Of a DNA stretch of 61,276 nt, positions 9,511 to 20,685 are shown piece after piece (position 1 is the stretch's first letter; each line of letters begins with the position of its first letter). The notes under the pieces are model-generated. The model had not been told where the DNA came from. It did not search any database and saw only the letters and a list, made by a program, of their open reading frames with translations. Source of the DNA: a bacterium (GTDB taxonomy: Bacteria > SZUA-182 > DTGQ01 > JAFGSM01); NCBI GenBank assembly GCA_049472335.1, contig JBLIRO010000025.1, forward strand, positions 1-61,276, given 5' to 3'. The translations under genes were made by a program, and so were the position numbers.

Positions 9511-9668
9511 CTCTGGACCTCCCCAAAATCTTCTTCTCTTTGTTATTGATAAATATCATGTGCATCTTCACGATTTAAATCCTAATCTTTGAAGCAAAAT
9601 TATATCATAATCCGGACTTTTGGAATTATAACACAGTCTGATTATAAAAAATGACTTTTAAGAATACA

Positions 9669-9962
9669 TTAGTTTTCTTCAATCACTCTGGGCACCCGAA
9701 AAAAACCGTCTTTTCGATCCGGGGCATTGGCAAGCGCTTCTTCTAAAGGCAAGGATGACTTTACCTCGTCTTCACGGAATATATTTTTGATGGGAAGGAC
9801 ATGTGAAGTAGGATCTATGTCCCTGGTATCTAATTGATTGAGTTTATCCATATAAGACAAAATACTATCCAATTGCTTGGTAAAAATCTCTTTTTCCTCT
9901 TCAGTAATATCAAGTTTAGCAAGATTGGCAACGTATTCTACTTGCTCTTTTGTTATCTTCAT
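9669..9962 (-). CDS. gatC: Asp-tRNA(Asn)/Glu-tRNA(Gln) amidotransferase subunit C
   Basis: MKITKEQVEYVANLAKL...PTSHVL...FREDEV...NAPD..DGFFRVPRVIE; alternative start at 9974. Confidence 0.93.
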   Translation of the reverse strand: MKITKEQVEYVANLAKLDITEEEKEIFTKQLDSILSYMDKLNQLDTRDIDPTSHVLPIKNIFREDEVKSSLPLEEALANAPDRKDGFFRVPRVIEEN

Positions 9963-10014
9963 TGTGTTGTTCATTAATTAAGAAATTTGGTAACATTTTT
10001 TAAAAAATAAAATG

Positions 10015-12264
10015 TTACAGAATTTGTAGCTTGGCATACTGGGCCATAAGTTTTTTCTTATGCCCTCTGAAATCTATCAATAATTTCATCTTAGCATCCT
10101 GGCCTTCTATTTGCAATATCTTCCCTATTCCCCATTGGGGGTGAAGCACTTTTGCCCCTAATTCGAACGTGCCGGAGGCATCAGTGCCTGATATCGGCAA
10201 TTTGGATATTTTTGCATCTTTTGGTCTGGATTCACGCGGAGGGTTTTGGCCTAAAAGTGAGAGGCGGTCATAAGCATGTGAGGTGCTCTGTGATTTTATC
10301 TTCCCTAAATGGATATATTCCATAGGCAGGTCATTTAAAAATATAGAAGAAGGATTACGTTGCGTATAACCAAAGATACTCCTCTCATATGCATTGGACA
10401 GAAACAGCCTTTTTTGGGCACGTGTCATTCCCACATAACAGAGTCTGCGCTCTTCTTCCAATTCCGCTTCACTTTTTAAGGACCTCGAGTGAGGAAATAT
10501 ACCTTGTTCCATTCCTGTAATAAAAACAACCGGAAATTCCAGACCTTTTGCACTGTGCAAAGTCATCAACGTTACCGCAGAGGCATTTTCTTCATAGCTG
10601 TCTATATCCGATAGAAGTGCCACATGATCCAGGAATGCAGAGAGGCTGTTTTCACCATTCTGGGACTCAAACTCCCGGGTAGCTGAGGCAAGCTCCTTTA
10701 CATTTTCCCCCCTGACCTTTGCCTCTTCATTGTGCTCCTTTTCAAGATTGAAAATATATTTTGTCTCATCCAATAAAAATGTAAGGACCTGTGTGAGGGA
10801 GGATTCGGAAGACATTTTCCGCGTATCCGTAATCAAAAAATAAAATGTCTCGAGCTTATTTTGAATATTAGCAGGGAATATCTCCTCATCTATAGCCCAT
10901 CCAATAGTCTCAAAAATTGAAAGATTCCTTTGATCGGCAAGGCTTATAAGTTTATCGACTGTTACCTTTCCTATCCCCCTAGGGGGGGTATTTATGATTC
11001 TAGTGAGGCTTATATCATCCTCGGAATTGTTGATTAGTTTAAGATAGGCAAGGCAATCCTTTATTTCCTTGCGATCATAAAATCTTATACCGCCCACAAT
11101 GCGATAGGGAATACCCTGCTGTCTCAAAGCCTCTTCCAGGATACGTGATTGGGCGTTTACTCTGTAAAGTATACAAAAATCTCCGAGATCCTTAAAACCT
11201 TCCTTCCGGAGAATTTGTATGGTATCGCATACATATGAAGCCTCATCATGTTCATCTTTGGCCTTGTATAATGAAACAGGCTCGCCTGGCTCATTTTCTG
11301 TCCATAGCCTTTTACCCTTTCGATTCCGGTTCTTCATGATCACAGATTCCGCCACTTTCAATATTTTTTTCGTGGATCTGTAATTTTGCTCAAGGTATAT
11401 TATACGGACATGGGGATACCGTTTTTCAAAATGCAGAATATTTCTTACTTCAGCCCCTCGCCAACGATAAATGGATTGATCATCATCCCCTACGACACAG
11501 AGATTCTGATGTTTGGCGGCAAGCAGATCGAGGATGGCGGATTGTGCCAGATTGGTATCCTGATATTCATCCACGAGAATATAAGACCATCGTTCCTGAT
11601 ATTTTTTTAAGACATCAGGTTTTTTCTGGAAAACCCGTACTGTCATAAATAGCAAATCATCAAAGTCAAGCGCATTATTCTTTCTTAGGGAATTTTCATA
11701 TAAAAAATATAATTGGGATACCCGGTGCTCAAAATCATTCCCGGCCTTTTCTCTATAATCAGAGACTGATACAAGATTATTCTTGGCCCGGCTGATAGCT
11801 GAAAGAACTATGTGTGGATTCAGGAACTTCTCATCAATATCAGCTTCTTTGAGACATTTTTTTATGAGTCTTAGCTGATCATCCTCATCAAAGATCACAA
11901 AACTGTTTGCCAGACTCAGATGATGGATTTCCCGTCTTAAAATTCGAACACAGGATGAATGAAATGTACTTATCCACATCCTGTTCGCACTATCTCCTAT
12001 GAGATCCCTGACCCGGTTTTTCATCTCTGACGCCGCTTTATTTGTAAAAGTGACAGCCAGAATCTGAGAGGGAGAAACACCGCATTCCTGAATCAAAAAG
12101 CATATACGGTAAGTGATCACCCTTGTTTTTCCTGAGCCCGCGCAAGCCAGAATAAGCAGGGGACCTTCAATATGAGAGACCGCTTCCCATTGGGATTGGG
12201 TAAGCAGATCTTTATAGGGATTCTGCTTTTTATTTGTGATAATCTGATTTTCTTGGCGTATCAT
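10015..12264 (-). CDS. pcrA: ATP-dependent DNA helicase PcrA/UvrD
   Basis: ACAGSGKT, VTFTNKAA, VDEYQDTN, VGDDDQSIY, EQNYRST, TLHSAKGLEF, EERRLCYVGMTRA; C-terminal Tudor-like domain. Confidence 0.95.
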   Translation of the reverse strand: MIRQENQIITNKKQNPYKDLLTQSQWEAVSHIEGPLLILACAGSGKTRVITYRICFLIQECGVSPSQILAVTFTNKAASEMKNRVRDLIGDSANRMWISTFHSSCVRILRREIHHLSLANSFVIFDEDDQLRLIKKCLKEADIDEKFLNPHIVLSAISRAKNNLVSVSDYREKAGNDFEHRVSQLYFLYENSLRKNNALDFDDLLFMTVRVFQKKPDVLKKYQERWSYILVDEYQDTNLAQSAILDLLAAKHQNLCVVGDDDQSIYRWRGAEVRNILHFEKRYPHVRIIYLEQNYRSTKKILKVAESVIMKNRNRKGKRLWTENEPGEPVSLYKAKDEHDEASYVCDTIQILRKEGFKDLGDFCILYRVNAQSRILEEALRQQGIPYRIVGGIRFYDRKEIKDCLAYLKLINNSEDDISLTRIINTPPRGIGKVTVDKLISLADQRNLSIFETIGWAIDEEIFPANIQNKLETFYFLITDTRKMSSESSLTQVLTFLLDETKYIFNLEKEHNEEAKVRGENVKELASATREFESQNGENSLSAFLDHVALLSDIDSYEENASAVTLMTLHSAKGLEFPVVFITGMEQGIFPHSRSLKSEAELEEERRLCYVGMTRAQKRLFLSNAYERSIFGYTQRNPSSIFLNDLPMEYIHLGKIKSQSTSHAYDRLSLLGQNPPRESRPKDAKISKLPISGTDASGTFELGAKVLHPQWGIGKILQIEGQDAKMKLLIDFRGHKKKLMAQYAKLQIL

Positions 12265-12491
12265 GATATTAAATCCAACTTCAAAAAACTAAAATGTCAG
12301 TAAAATTTAATGATATAATTTGATAACATAATTCCTCTGCAATGTAAAGGATAAATTTCTCTTGATAAATGAGGCTTATTTTACTAGAATAAACCCTCTG
12401 ATGTATATACATTTATCCACTCAAATATTTTGTTTGAGAATTGACTTAAGTTATCAAGGGAAAAACTCGTATTGGATTATTTGGACTGTTA

Positions 12492-13793
12492 ATGAGGGAA
12501 AATAAATATACATTCCGTTTTTTAGGCATTTTAGTCTTTATCACAATAATATCATCTGGTCTCCCCGCATTAGCTAAAACCCCTCATAATAACAGACCGG
12601 ATCTCCTATCAAATCAGATTATAATAATCGGACTTCTTCTCTTGCTTGGATTTGCAGGGGGCAAGATTATCCAGTTGCTGAAATTACCTTCTGTCACCGG
12701 ATATGTCCTCGTGGGAATATTGCTTGGTGTGTCTGCATTGAATATTATTCAATACCATATGCTAAAAGATCTGAGATTTATCGAAGTGCTTGGGCTAAGC
12801 TTGGTTGCGCTGATTATTGGAGGCGATCTTCGTATTAATAAATTGAAAAAATTAGGCAAAATGGTAGTGACTATTACGTTTATACAGGTCTTGGGCGCAT
12901 TTTTCATAGTAAGCATTGTAACAGGGGGGCTTCTCCGTATCCCCTGGTCCATAGCAATAATACTGGGTGCGATAAGTTCCGCGACCGCTCCTGCCGCCAC
13001 AGTCGCTGTAATACATGAATATAAAGCGCGAGGTCCTTTAACCGATACATTGATGGCGATTGTGGCATTAGATGACGCCGTGTGCGTAATATTGTTTTCC
13101 CTTGTGATAGCTGCTGCAAAGTTAATGAGAGGTTCGGGCAATTTTTCTGCAAGATATTTTTTTATTCCTGCATGGCATATAGCGGGGTCCCTCCTGTTTG
13201 GGAGCATTATAGGGATTATAACGATCTTCCTTATGAAATGGATCAGAGACCGTCATGATTTAGTCATTCTGGTTGTTGGATTCGCCTTTTTATTCGGAGA
13301 GGTTGCCGAACATTTCCATATGTCCGCATTACTTATGAATATGATGTTTGGCTTTGTTTTGGCCAATTTTTCTACTAATCCCAGACTGTTTAATTACTTT
13401 GTTGATATTGAATTGCCGATTTTTGTCTGTTTTTTTACCATAGCCGGAGCCGACTTAAATATAAAAATTCTTCTCCAAAATTGGATACCTGCCATCGTAT
13501 TTATCATTGCAAGGGGCTTAGGCAAGATATCAGGCGTATATATAGGGGGAGTAATAGGAAAAGCGCCCGATGTCATTAAAAAATATCTTGGCTTTGGAAT
13601 GCTTCCCCAGGCAGGTGTGGCTATAGCGCTTGTTTTAGCTGTACAGGCTGAATTTCCTGATATAGCAAAGCTTATTACTGCCCTGGTATTGGCGGCGGTT
13701 GCCGTAAATGAGATTATCGGCCCATTAGGCACCAAATTCGCCCTTTTCAAGGCAGGCGAGACAAATATGTCAATGTCTTCAGAGGTGAGATAA
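12492..13793 (+). CDS. Cation:proton antiporter (CPA2 / Na+/H+ exchanger family)
   Basis: Multi-TM; LPSVTGY, SATAPAAT, VALDDA, MLPQAGVAI, NEIIGP motifs. Confidence 0.9.
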   Translation: MRENKYTFRFLGILVFITIISSGLPALAKTPHNNRPDLLSNQIIIIGLLLLLGFAGGKIIQLLKLPSVTGYVLVGILLGVSALNIIQYHMLKDLRFIEVLGLSLVALIIGGDLRINKLKKLGKMVVTITFIQVLGAFFIVSIVTGGLLRIPWSIAIILGAISSATAPAATVAVIHEYKARGPLTDTLMAIVALDDAVCVILFSLVIAAAKLMRGSGNFSARYFFIPAWHIAGSLLFGSIIGIITIFLMKWIRDRHDLVILVVGFAFLFGEVAEHFHMSALLMNMMFGFVLANFSTNPRLFNYFVDIELPIFVCFFTIAGADLNIKILLQNWIPAIVFIIARGLGKISGVYIGGVIGKAPDVIKKYLGFGMLPQAGVAIALVLAVQAEFPDIAKLITALVLAAVAVNEIIGPLGTKFALFKAGETNMSMSSEVR

Positions 13794-13800
13794 AAAATAA

Positions 13801-13829
13801 TTGACATAATTTTAGGTTTCAAATATAAT
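13801..13829 (+). promoter_or_regulatory. Consensus sigma-70 promoter of the V-type ATPase operon
   Basis: TTGACA 13801-13806, 17-bp spacer, TATAAT 13824-13829. Confidence 0.85.
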
Positions 13830-13906
13830 TTTATGTTCTTAACAATGTATAATTTTTGATATTTGTGATTATTGTTTGTTTTTTTAAATAAAAAAAGGAC
13901 TTATGA

Positions 13907-14233
13907 ATGGGGATTGAAAAAAAGATCAAAAAGATAATCGAAGCGGAAGAATCTTTTGATCAGGAGATCGAGAAGGCAAGGATCAAAGCGGAAAAATTAA
14001 TAGAGGAAGCTCGTAAGGAATCACAGCAAAGATTGCAGGAAGAAATCTCTTCAGCCCAAAAAAAAGCAGAAGAATTTTTGTTGCAGGCAGAAAAAGAAAC
14101 ACAGAAAAAAGTCGACCAAATCGAGCTTCAAACTGAGAAAAAAATAAAAGAGATGCAATCGGAATTGGAAAGAAAGCGGGAAGAGGCTACCAAGTTAATC
14201 CAGGATAGAATAGTAGGGTTGGATGTCGGTTGA
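13907..14233 (+). CDS. V/A-type ATPase peripheral-stalk subunit G/H
   Basis: 108-aa Glu/Lys-rich coiled coil (IKKIIEAEE...), first gene of the operon, overlapping subunit I. Confidence 0.8.
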   Translation: MGIEKKIKKIIEAEESFDQEIEKARIKAEKLIEEARKESQQRLQEEISSAQKKAEEFLLQAEKETQKKVDQIELQTEKKIKEMQSELERKREEATKLIQDRIVGLDVG

Positions 14234-16208
14234 AAAACTTAAAAAAATAGAGTTCGTTGCACTCAGGCACATCAAGGACGAACTCCTTGAGATATTACAA
14301 CATCATGGTATTGTTCATATAACCAGTATCAGTAATGTTATACCCGAGGACTTATCCGATGTCACACCTGCCGAGTTATCATCGGAGCCTGAACACACCG
14401 GACGAACAGGCCAGATTGAATATGCCCTGAATTATCTTGCAAGGTTCGACACCTCTAAAAAGGGATTTCTGTCTTCATTGACTGAAGAACCTATCAAGGT
14501 TTCCAAGAAAGAGATCAATTCATTCCTGACTGATTTTGATCTGGAAGGGATTATAAAGACTTGTCAGGAAATGGACAAGACAGCCCAGGCTTTGAATACA
14601 GAGGAAAAAGAATTAAATGCCAATTTAAAAGAGCTCGTCAACTGGCAGGAGTTAAACATACCTTTGAAGACTATAAAAGAAGGCACTAAATTTACAGACT
14701 TTTATACTATTTTACTTTCCGTAGATAAATTAAATTTATTAAAAAAAGGCTTGGAGTCCTCTTGTAGCGCTTTTGCAATCAATGAAATACAGGATATAGA
14801 ATTATATAAGTCCTTTCTTGTTACTGCCTTTAAATCCGAAAGGACCCGGGTTGAAGAACAAATAAACAACTGCGGGGCCCAATCGATTTCATTGCCCTCG
14901 TCTGAAGAAACACCGGACCAATTGATCCAGAAATACCAAGACAGGTTAGAGGAAATAAAAAAAGAGAAAGCCGAAATATTTAAAAAAGGTGAAAACCTGC
15001 TACCGAATGTAAATAAATTAAAGATACTTTTTGATTATTATAAAAATCAAGGATCGAAACGTGAGGTTCAAAGCCGTTTTGGTTTTACCAATCAGACCGT
15101 TATAATAACCGGTTGGGTTAAAGAAAAGGATATTAACAAACTTAATAAAGGAATTGAGCATTTCCAGGGAGAACTCGATATTGATATCTTTGAGCCCAGG
15201 AAGGATGAGGCCCCACCTGTCGCCCTTGCAAATAATCGTTTCGCTTCTCCATTTATCCTGGTAACAAAACTCTATGACCTGCCTCACTATCGGGAACTGG
15301 ACCCTACCCCTATCCTGGCACCTTTCTTTTTTCTTTTTTTCGGATTATGCATGACGGATCTGGGATACGGTCTTTTAATCGCACTCGTGTGTCTCTGGGG
15401 TCTTAAGCGTCTCAATATTAAAGGAAGCGGGAGGACACTTTTACAGCTTTTTTTTCTTTGCGGTATTTCAACTTTCATATGTGGCGCACTGGCTGGCAGT
15501 TGGTTCGGTGATATTGTCAATTATCTCCCTGGTTGGCTCGGATTTCTGAAGAAGATAAACTTATCCCTGGCGATTATCAATCCTATCAAGGACCCTTTAA
15601 AATTCCTTATCCTCTCTCTGAGCCTGGGGTATATTCAGGTTGTCACAGGGATACTTGTTCAAATGTATAAGGATATCAAAGCAAATGATTACTATACAGC
15701 ATTTCTGGTGCGTGTTCCCTGGGTGGGCCTTTTAACCGGTTTGATTTTGTTTGTTATAACTAAAAATAAAAATGTTCAACTGGCAAGCATATTCAAATGG
15801 TTATCTATTTCAAGCGCCGTTGTCATATTTCTGTGTGAGGGCAAGAATGAAAACAATATCCTTAAAAGAATCGGCACCGGTTTTATAGCCCTTTATGGAA
15901 TTGTAGGTTATTATGCGGATATGTTGTCATACTGTCGTCTTCTGGCACTCGGACTTGCCACTGCGGTTATAGCGACCGTGGTCAATCAAATGGCGATTTT
16001 ATCAAAGGGCATTCCTTACATTGGCATCGTATTCATGCTCGGTATTCTAATAGCTGGACATTTGTTCAATCTGCTTATAAATTCACTCGGCGCCTTTGTT
16101 CATACGAGCAGGCTTCAGTTTGTAGAATTCTTCACAAAATTTTTTGAAGGAGGAGGAAAGCCATTCTTACCATTTGAGAAGCAGAACAGGTATACTTCTA
16201 TTGATTAA
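14223..16208 (+). CDS. atpI: V/A-type ATPase subunit I (a)
   Basis: ELDPTP..APFFFLFFGLCMTDLGYG, DMLSYCRLLALGLAT, FVHTSRLQFVEFFTKFFEGGG. Confidence 0.95.
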   Translation: MSVEKLKKIEFVALRHIKDELLEILQHHGIVHITSISNVIPEDLSDVTPAELSSEPEHTGRTGQIEYALNYLARFDTSKKGFLSSLTEEPIKVSKKEINSFLTDFDLEGIIKTCQEMDKTAQALNTEEKELNANLKELVNWQELNIPLKTIKEGTKFTDFYTILLSVDKLNLLKKGLESSCSAFAINEIQDIELYKSFLVTAFKSERTRVEEQINNCGAQSISLPSSEETPDQLIQKYQDRLEEIKKEKAEIFKKGENLLPNVNKLKILFDYYKNQGSKREVQSRFGFTNQTVIITGWVKEKDINKLNKGIEHFQGELDIDIFEPRKDEAPPVALANNRFASPFILVTKLYDLPHYRELDPTPILAPFFFLFFGLCMTDLGYGLLIALVCLWGLKRLNIKGSGRTLLQLFFLCGISTFICGALAGSWFGDIVNYLPGWLGFLKKINLSLAIINPIKDPLKFLILSLSLGYIQVVTGILVQMYKDIKANDYYTAFLVRVPWVGLLTGLILFVITKNKNVQLASIFKWLSISSAVVIFLCEGKNENNILKRIGTGFIALYGIVGYYADMLSYCRLLALGLATAVIATVVNQMAILSKGIPYIGIVFMLGILIAGHLFNLLINSLGAFVHTSRLQFVEFFTKFFEGGGKPFLPFEKQNRYTSID

Positions 16209-16289
16209 ATTCGGCAATCTTTTTATTAATATATTAAATATTCTTTGTAAACTTTATAAATTCATTTTGATCGAACAGGGGGTAACCTT

Positions 16290-16781
16290 ATGGATACTAT
16301 TCTGAGTTTGCAGTGGGGTTTTGTGTTAGCTATTGCAGGAGCAGCAGCGGCAGTTGTTTTGGCAGGTTTTGGTTCCAGTATAGGTATAGGGATAGCAGGC
16401 CAGGCAAGTGACGGATTGTTGAGCGAGGAACCGGAAAAATTCGGTAATATATTGATTCTTGCAGTGCTTCCCGGCACTCAGGGTATTTATGGTTTTGTGG
16501 CCGCTTTTATTGTAATGTTAAGGGTTGGCCTGGTAGGCGCTGTTGCTGTAGAATTGACAATTCTTAAAGGGCTTCAGATATTTCTTTCTTGTTTGCCAGT
16601 TGCCCTTGGCGGCTTCGTTTCCGGAATCTATCAAGGCAAGGTATCTGCAGCGGGAATCGCGGTAGTAGCCAAACAACCGGCAGATTCAATGAAAGCGGTT
16701 ATCATGTCAGCCCTGGTTGAGACCTATGCGGTCCTGGGGCTATTGATCAGCATTCTCCTTCTTTTCGGAATAAAGCTTTAA
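16290..16781 (+). CDS. atpK: V/A-type ATPase rotor subunit K (4-TM c subunit, Na+-type)
   Basis: LPGTQGIYGF, SGIYQGKV, VETYAVLG match NtpK-type proteolipids. Confidence 0.95.
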   Translation: MDTILSLQWGFVLAIAGAAAAVVLAGFGSSIGIGIAGQASDGLLSEEPEKFGNILILAVLPGTQGIYGFVAAFIVMLRVGLVGAVAVELTILKGLQIFLSCLPVALGGFVSGIYQGKVSAAGIAVVAKQPADSMKAVIMSALVETYAVLGLLISILLLFGIKL

Positions 16782-16927
16782 GATAACGCTTTAAATAATA
16801 GATGGAATACAAACAGCGATTCAAATTATGAACAAATAGCCCATAATACTAGAATAGTTAATGTTATTGCTGTAGATAAATCCAAAATACAAATGGTTTG
16901 CTTCTGTATCCTTATGGGAGTGTAGAT

Positions 16928-17533
16928 ATGTCATTAGAGAAAATAATCGAGAAGATAAATGAAGAGGCAAGGCAAAAAATCGAACAGATTATGTCAGATG
17001 CACAGGTGCAAATAGAACATATCAAAAAAAAATCTATCGAAGACTCTGAAACAATGAAAGAAAAAATCCTGGAACAAGCCAGACAGGAGGCCCGGGAGAG
17101 GGAAAGGCGCATGCTTCAGTTGGCTAATCTTTCAGGAAGGAAGGAAATCCTTTCAGAAAAACAGAAGGCCATTAACTCCGTTTTTACATCGGCTTTGGAT
17201 CGTCTCGCTGGGCTTGATCCGAACAAATCCAGGCAGATGCTCAGAAATATGCTGCTTAAGGTGGTTAAATCAGGCACGGAAGAGATTATCCTATCTGCCA
17301 GGGATAGAAAAATAATAGATAATGACTGGCTTGAAAAGGTCAATAGGGATTTGACCAAGGATAGAGGGCTGCCCGGGAGACTAAAGATCGCCGGGGAGAC
17401 CAGGGACATAAAAGGAGGGTTCATTTTAAAGGACGGGCAGGTCGAGATAAACAGTTCTTTCGAGGCTATTCTGAAATACAACCAAAATGAGCTTGAATCC
17501 AGGGTTGCAACCTTGCTGCTTGGAAAACAATAA
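16928..17533 (+). CDS. atpE: V/A-type ATPase subunit E
   Basis: ATG at 16928 with SD GGGAG; MSLEKIIEKI coiled coil, IKGGFIL...EINSSFE. Confidence 0.9.
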   Translation: MSLEKIIEKINEEARQKIEQIMSDAQVQIEHIKKKSIEDSETMKEKILEQARQEARERERRMLQLANLSGRKEILSEKQKAINSVFTSALDRLAGLDPNKSRQMLRNMLLKVVKSGTEEIILSARDRKIIDNDWLEKVNRDLTKDRGLPGRLKIAGETRDIKGGFILKDGQVEINSSFEAILKYNQNELESRVATLLLGKQ

Positions 17534-18549
17534 TGCTCAAAATCCTTTTCCATAATTTACCTGACGATACAAGATATTCTTTTGCTGTTGCAAGGATAAG
17601 GTCATTGGAATCGAAGATGTTGGATCATTCACTTATTACACGACTTCTAAGGGCATCCGATATAGATGAACTATTAAAAATAATTATGGATACTGAGTAT
17701 GGTGTCATTCTAAATGAAGCTGCCAGTGTTCCTTTTGAGTCCGTTCTTGATAATGAGTTGAACCGTATTTATATGCTTATCCGTTCGATAGATCCGGATC
17801 CCGAGTGGACAGATCTCTGGCGCTGGCGTTATGACGCCCACAATCTTAAGGTGATTCTAAAGACCGGCTTCTCGAACGAAGAGACATTAAAGAATGTTAT
17901 CACTTACAGCCTGCTCGATCCCCAAAAAATTCTTCATGAGATCGCGAATAGTGACTATTCCAGCCTCCCCCTTCCTTTTAAAGAGGCTGTTGAGAAGGTC
18001 CTGACCTCAGATACGGAAAATGAAAAAAGGGGAGATGAAATAGATTTTATCATCGACCGTGCATTATATCTCTATCTTTCACAAGAGACAAAAAGAAGCG
18101 GAAATGAGTTTCTCATACATCTTATCATCATGATGATAGACATGATAAATCTAAGGAGTTTTAGTAGAATCAATGGATTTAAGGGTGCTGATAACCTTTT
18201 TGAACGATCCTTTATCCCGGGTGGGAATATTGATGAAAAAAAATTTTATCTTTATGAAGAAGGGCAACTGGAAGAAATTATGCAAAAAATTATAGAAAAT
18301 TCTTCATATTCAGAGCTAAAGCCCCTTTTTGCTTCCGGGGATTCCGCAATGATTGAAACGGGTATGGATAACCTTATCATTTCATATCTTCGACAAACAA
18401 GGCAGAGGGCTTTCGGGGTAGAGCCATTGATTGGTTATATGCTGGCCAAGGAGTTTGAAATAAAAAATCTCAGGATCCTTTACGTGGGCAAATCAAACAC
18501 CCTTGAAGAAACCCTGATAAAGGAAAGACTGAGAGAGACCTATGTCTGA
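17533..18549 (+). CDS. atpC: V/A-type ATPase subunit C (d)
   Basis: YSFAVARIRSLE, RYDAHNLKV, IDMINL, FGVEPLIGYMLAKEFEIKNLR. Confidence 0.92.
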   Translation: MLKILFHNLPDDTRYSFAVARIRSLESKMLDHSLITRLLRASDIDELLKIIMDTEYGVILNEAASVPFESVLDNELNRIYMLIRSIDPDPEWTDLWRWRYDAHNLKVILKTGFSNEETLKNVITYSLLDPQKILHEIANSDYSSLPLPFKEAVEKVLTSDTENEKRGDEIDFIIDRALYLYLSQETKRSGNEFLIHLIIMMIDMINLRSFSRINGFKGADNLFERSFIPGGNIDEKKFYLYEEGQLEEIMQKIIENSSYSELKPLFASGDSAMIETGMDNLIISYLRQTRQRAFGVEPLIGYMLAKEFEIKNLRILYVGKSNTLEETLIKERLRETYV

Positions 18550-18880
18550 CAGACTAGCTATAATTGGCAGCCGTGATAGTATTCTTGGATTTAAGGCCCT
18601 TGGGCTGGATTGTTATCCTACGGATAATCCTTCAGATGCCTTAGAGGCGGTTAAGGATTTGATGTTTAAAAAACAGGGATATGCTGCCATCTATCTTACT
18701 GATGATTTGGCTTCAAAGATAAATACTGAACTTGAAAAGATCAAAAAAGAGGCGCCTTTGCTTCCTATACTTATTATCATACCATCTCACAAGGGAAGTC
18801 TGAATATGGAAACAATAAAGATCAGAAAGATGGTAGAAAAGGCCCTGGGTACGGACATTTTTAAGGAAGAGAAAAAATAG
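18542..18880 (+). CDS. atpF: V/A-type ATPase subunit F
   Basis: LAIIGSRDSILGFKALG...IIIP...VEKALGTDI. Confidence 0.92.
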   Translation: MSDRLAIIGSRDSILGFKALGLDCYPTDNPSDALEAVKDLMFKKQGYAAIYLTDDLASKINTELEKIKKEAPLLPILIIIPSHKGSLNMETIKIRKMVEKALGTDIFKEEKK

Positions 18881-18899
18881 AACAGGAGAGGATCTAATT

Positions 18900-20657
18900 A
18901 TGGCTGGGAAAATAATCAAGGTATCCGGTCCGCTGGTTATAGCTGACGATATGCAGGATGCCAAGATGTATGATATGGCAAGAGTCAGCAAGAAAAGACT
19001 GATTGGCGAGATTGTCGAATTAAAAGGGAATCTTGCATCGATCCAGGTCTATGAAGAGACAGGCGGGCTCGGTCCGGGAGACCCTGTGGAGTCTACTGGC
19101 TGGCCTCTAAGTGTTGAGCTTGGACCGGGTTTGATTGAATCAATCTTTGATGGAATTCAAAGACCTCTCAATGTCATATATGACCAGATTGGAAATCTGG
19201 TCACCAGAGGGGTTGATGTTCCGGCCCTTGACCGATCGAAAAAGTGGAATTTTCAGTCTATTGCCAAACCCGGCCAAAAAGTGTCTGAGGGCGATATATT
19301 AGGCACGGTTGAGGAGTCTGTACTCGTTGACCATAAGATCATGGTCCCACCGGGATTAAACGGTGAGATACTTGAGATAGAATCAGGCACCTATACGGTT
19401 ACACAACCTATCGGAAAGATCAGGACAAATAGCGGCAATGTGAAAGACCTTTCATTAATACAAAAATGGTCGGTCCGTATACCGCGGCCTTACAAAGAGA
19501 AACTACCCCCAACCCTGACCCTTGGCACAGGGCAAAGGGTCATTGATATGTTCTTTCCAGTTGCAAAGGGCGGCACTGCATGCGTACCTGGTCCCTTTGG
19601 CTCAGGAAAGACCGTTGTTCAGCACCAGCTCGCCAAATGGGTGGATGCAGACATAATTGTTTATGTCGGCTGTGGAGAAAGAGGGAACGAGATGACGGAT
19701 GTGCTGATGGAGTTTCCCGAATTAAAAGATCCAAGAACCGGCGAGCCACTGATAAAAAGAACGGTGCTTATTGCCAATACATCCAATATGCCTGTTGCAG
19801 CGCGCGAGGCATCCGTTTATACTGGTATTACGATTGCTGAGTACTATAGGGATATGGGATATGACGTGGCACTGATGGCTGATTCCACTTCCCGCTGGGC
19901 AGAGGCTTTAAGGGAGATGTCAGGGCGACTGGAAGAGATGCCCGGAGAAGAGGGTTATCCTGCTTATTTGACTTCACGTCTGGCGGATTTCTATGAAAGG
20001 GCAGGCAGGGTCGTTACAATAGGTACAGAGGATCGCCAGGGTTCACTAACAGCAGTAGGCGCTGTTTCACCTCCGGGAGGAGATCTGTCTGATCCGGTTG
20101 TTCAGGGAACATTGAAGATTGTCAAGGTTTATTGGGGCCTTGATGACAAGCTGGCTTATAAAAGGCATTTTCCGGCGATTAACTGGTTGCAGAGTTATTC
20201 TCTTTACCACGATTCACTAGAGGAGAATTTTGCAAAGGAGGCAGGTGAAGATTGGAAGGAAAACAGGGTAAAGGCCATGGGAATGCTGCAAAAGGAAGCA
20301 GAACTTGAGGAAATCGTTCGTCTTGTAGGCAAGGATGCTCTTTCTGCTGATGATCAGCTTACATTAGAGATTACAAAATCCATACGTGAGGATTTTCTTC
20401 ATCAACATGCATTTGTAGAAGAGGATAGTTATACTTCTCTGAAAAAACAATATCTGATGCTGGGGCTGATAATGAAGATGGAAACCTTTTTCAGAGAAGC
20501 CATAGGCAAAGGAATCCAGCTTGAAAAATTAAAAAAACTCCCGATCTGGGAAAATATTGCCCGTATGAAATTACTGGATGAGAAGGATTTGGCAAAATTT
20601 CAGGATTACGAGAAGGATTTGATAAACCAGGTAAATGGATTACAGAAAAATGTTTAG
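18900..20657 (+). CDS. atpA: V/A-type ATPase catalytic subunit A
   Basis: GPFGSGKT P-loop, [33 protein letters not shown]. Confidence 0.97.
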   Translation: MAGKIIKVSGPLVIADDMQDAKMYDMARVSKKRLIGEIVELKGNLASIQVYEETGGLGPGDPVESTGWPLSVELGPGLIESIFDGIQRPLNVIYDQIGNLVTRGVDVPALDRSKKWNFQSIAKPGQKVSEGDILGTVEESVLVDHKIMVPPGLNGEILEIESGTYTVTQPIGKIRTNSGNVKDLSLIQKWSVRIPRPYKEKLPPTLTLGTGQRVIDMFFPVAKGGTACVPGPFGSGKTVVQHQLAKWVDADIIVYVGCGERGNEMTDVLMEFPELKDPRTGEPLIKRTVLIANTSNMPVAAREASVYTGITIAEYYRDMGYDVALMADSTSRWAEALREMSGRLEEMPGEEGYPAYLTSRLADFYERAGRVVTIGTEDRQGSLTAVGAVSPPGGDLSDPVVQGTLKIVKVYWGLDDKLAYKRHFPAINWLQSYSLYHDSLEENFAKEAGEDWKENRVKAMGMLQKEAELEEIVRLVGKDALSADDQLTLEITKSIREDFLHQHAFVEEDSYTSLKKQYLMLGLIMKMETFFREAIGKGIQLEKLKKLPIWENIARMKLLDEKDLAKFQDYEKDLINQVNGLQKNV

Positions 20658-20685
20658 ATTTAAACGATAAACGGAGAAATGCCCG

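Noticed and set aside
12120..12150. PcrA Walker A variant ACAGSGKT as evidence of inactivation
   Set aside because: GSGKT and all other helicase motifs are intact
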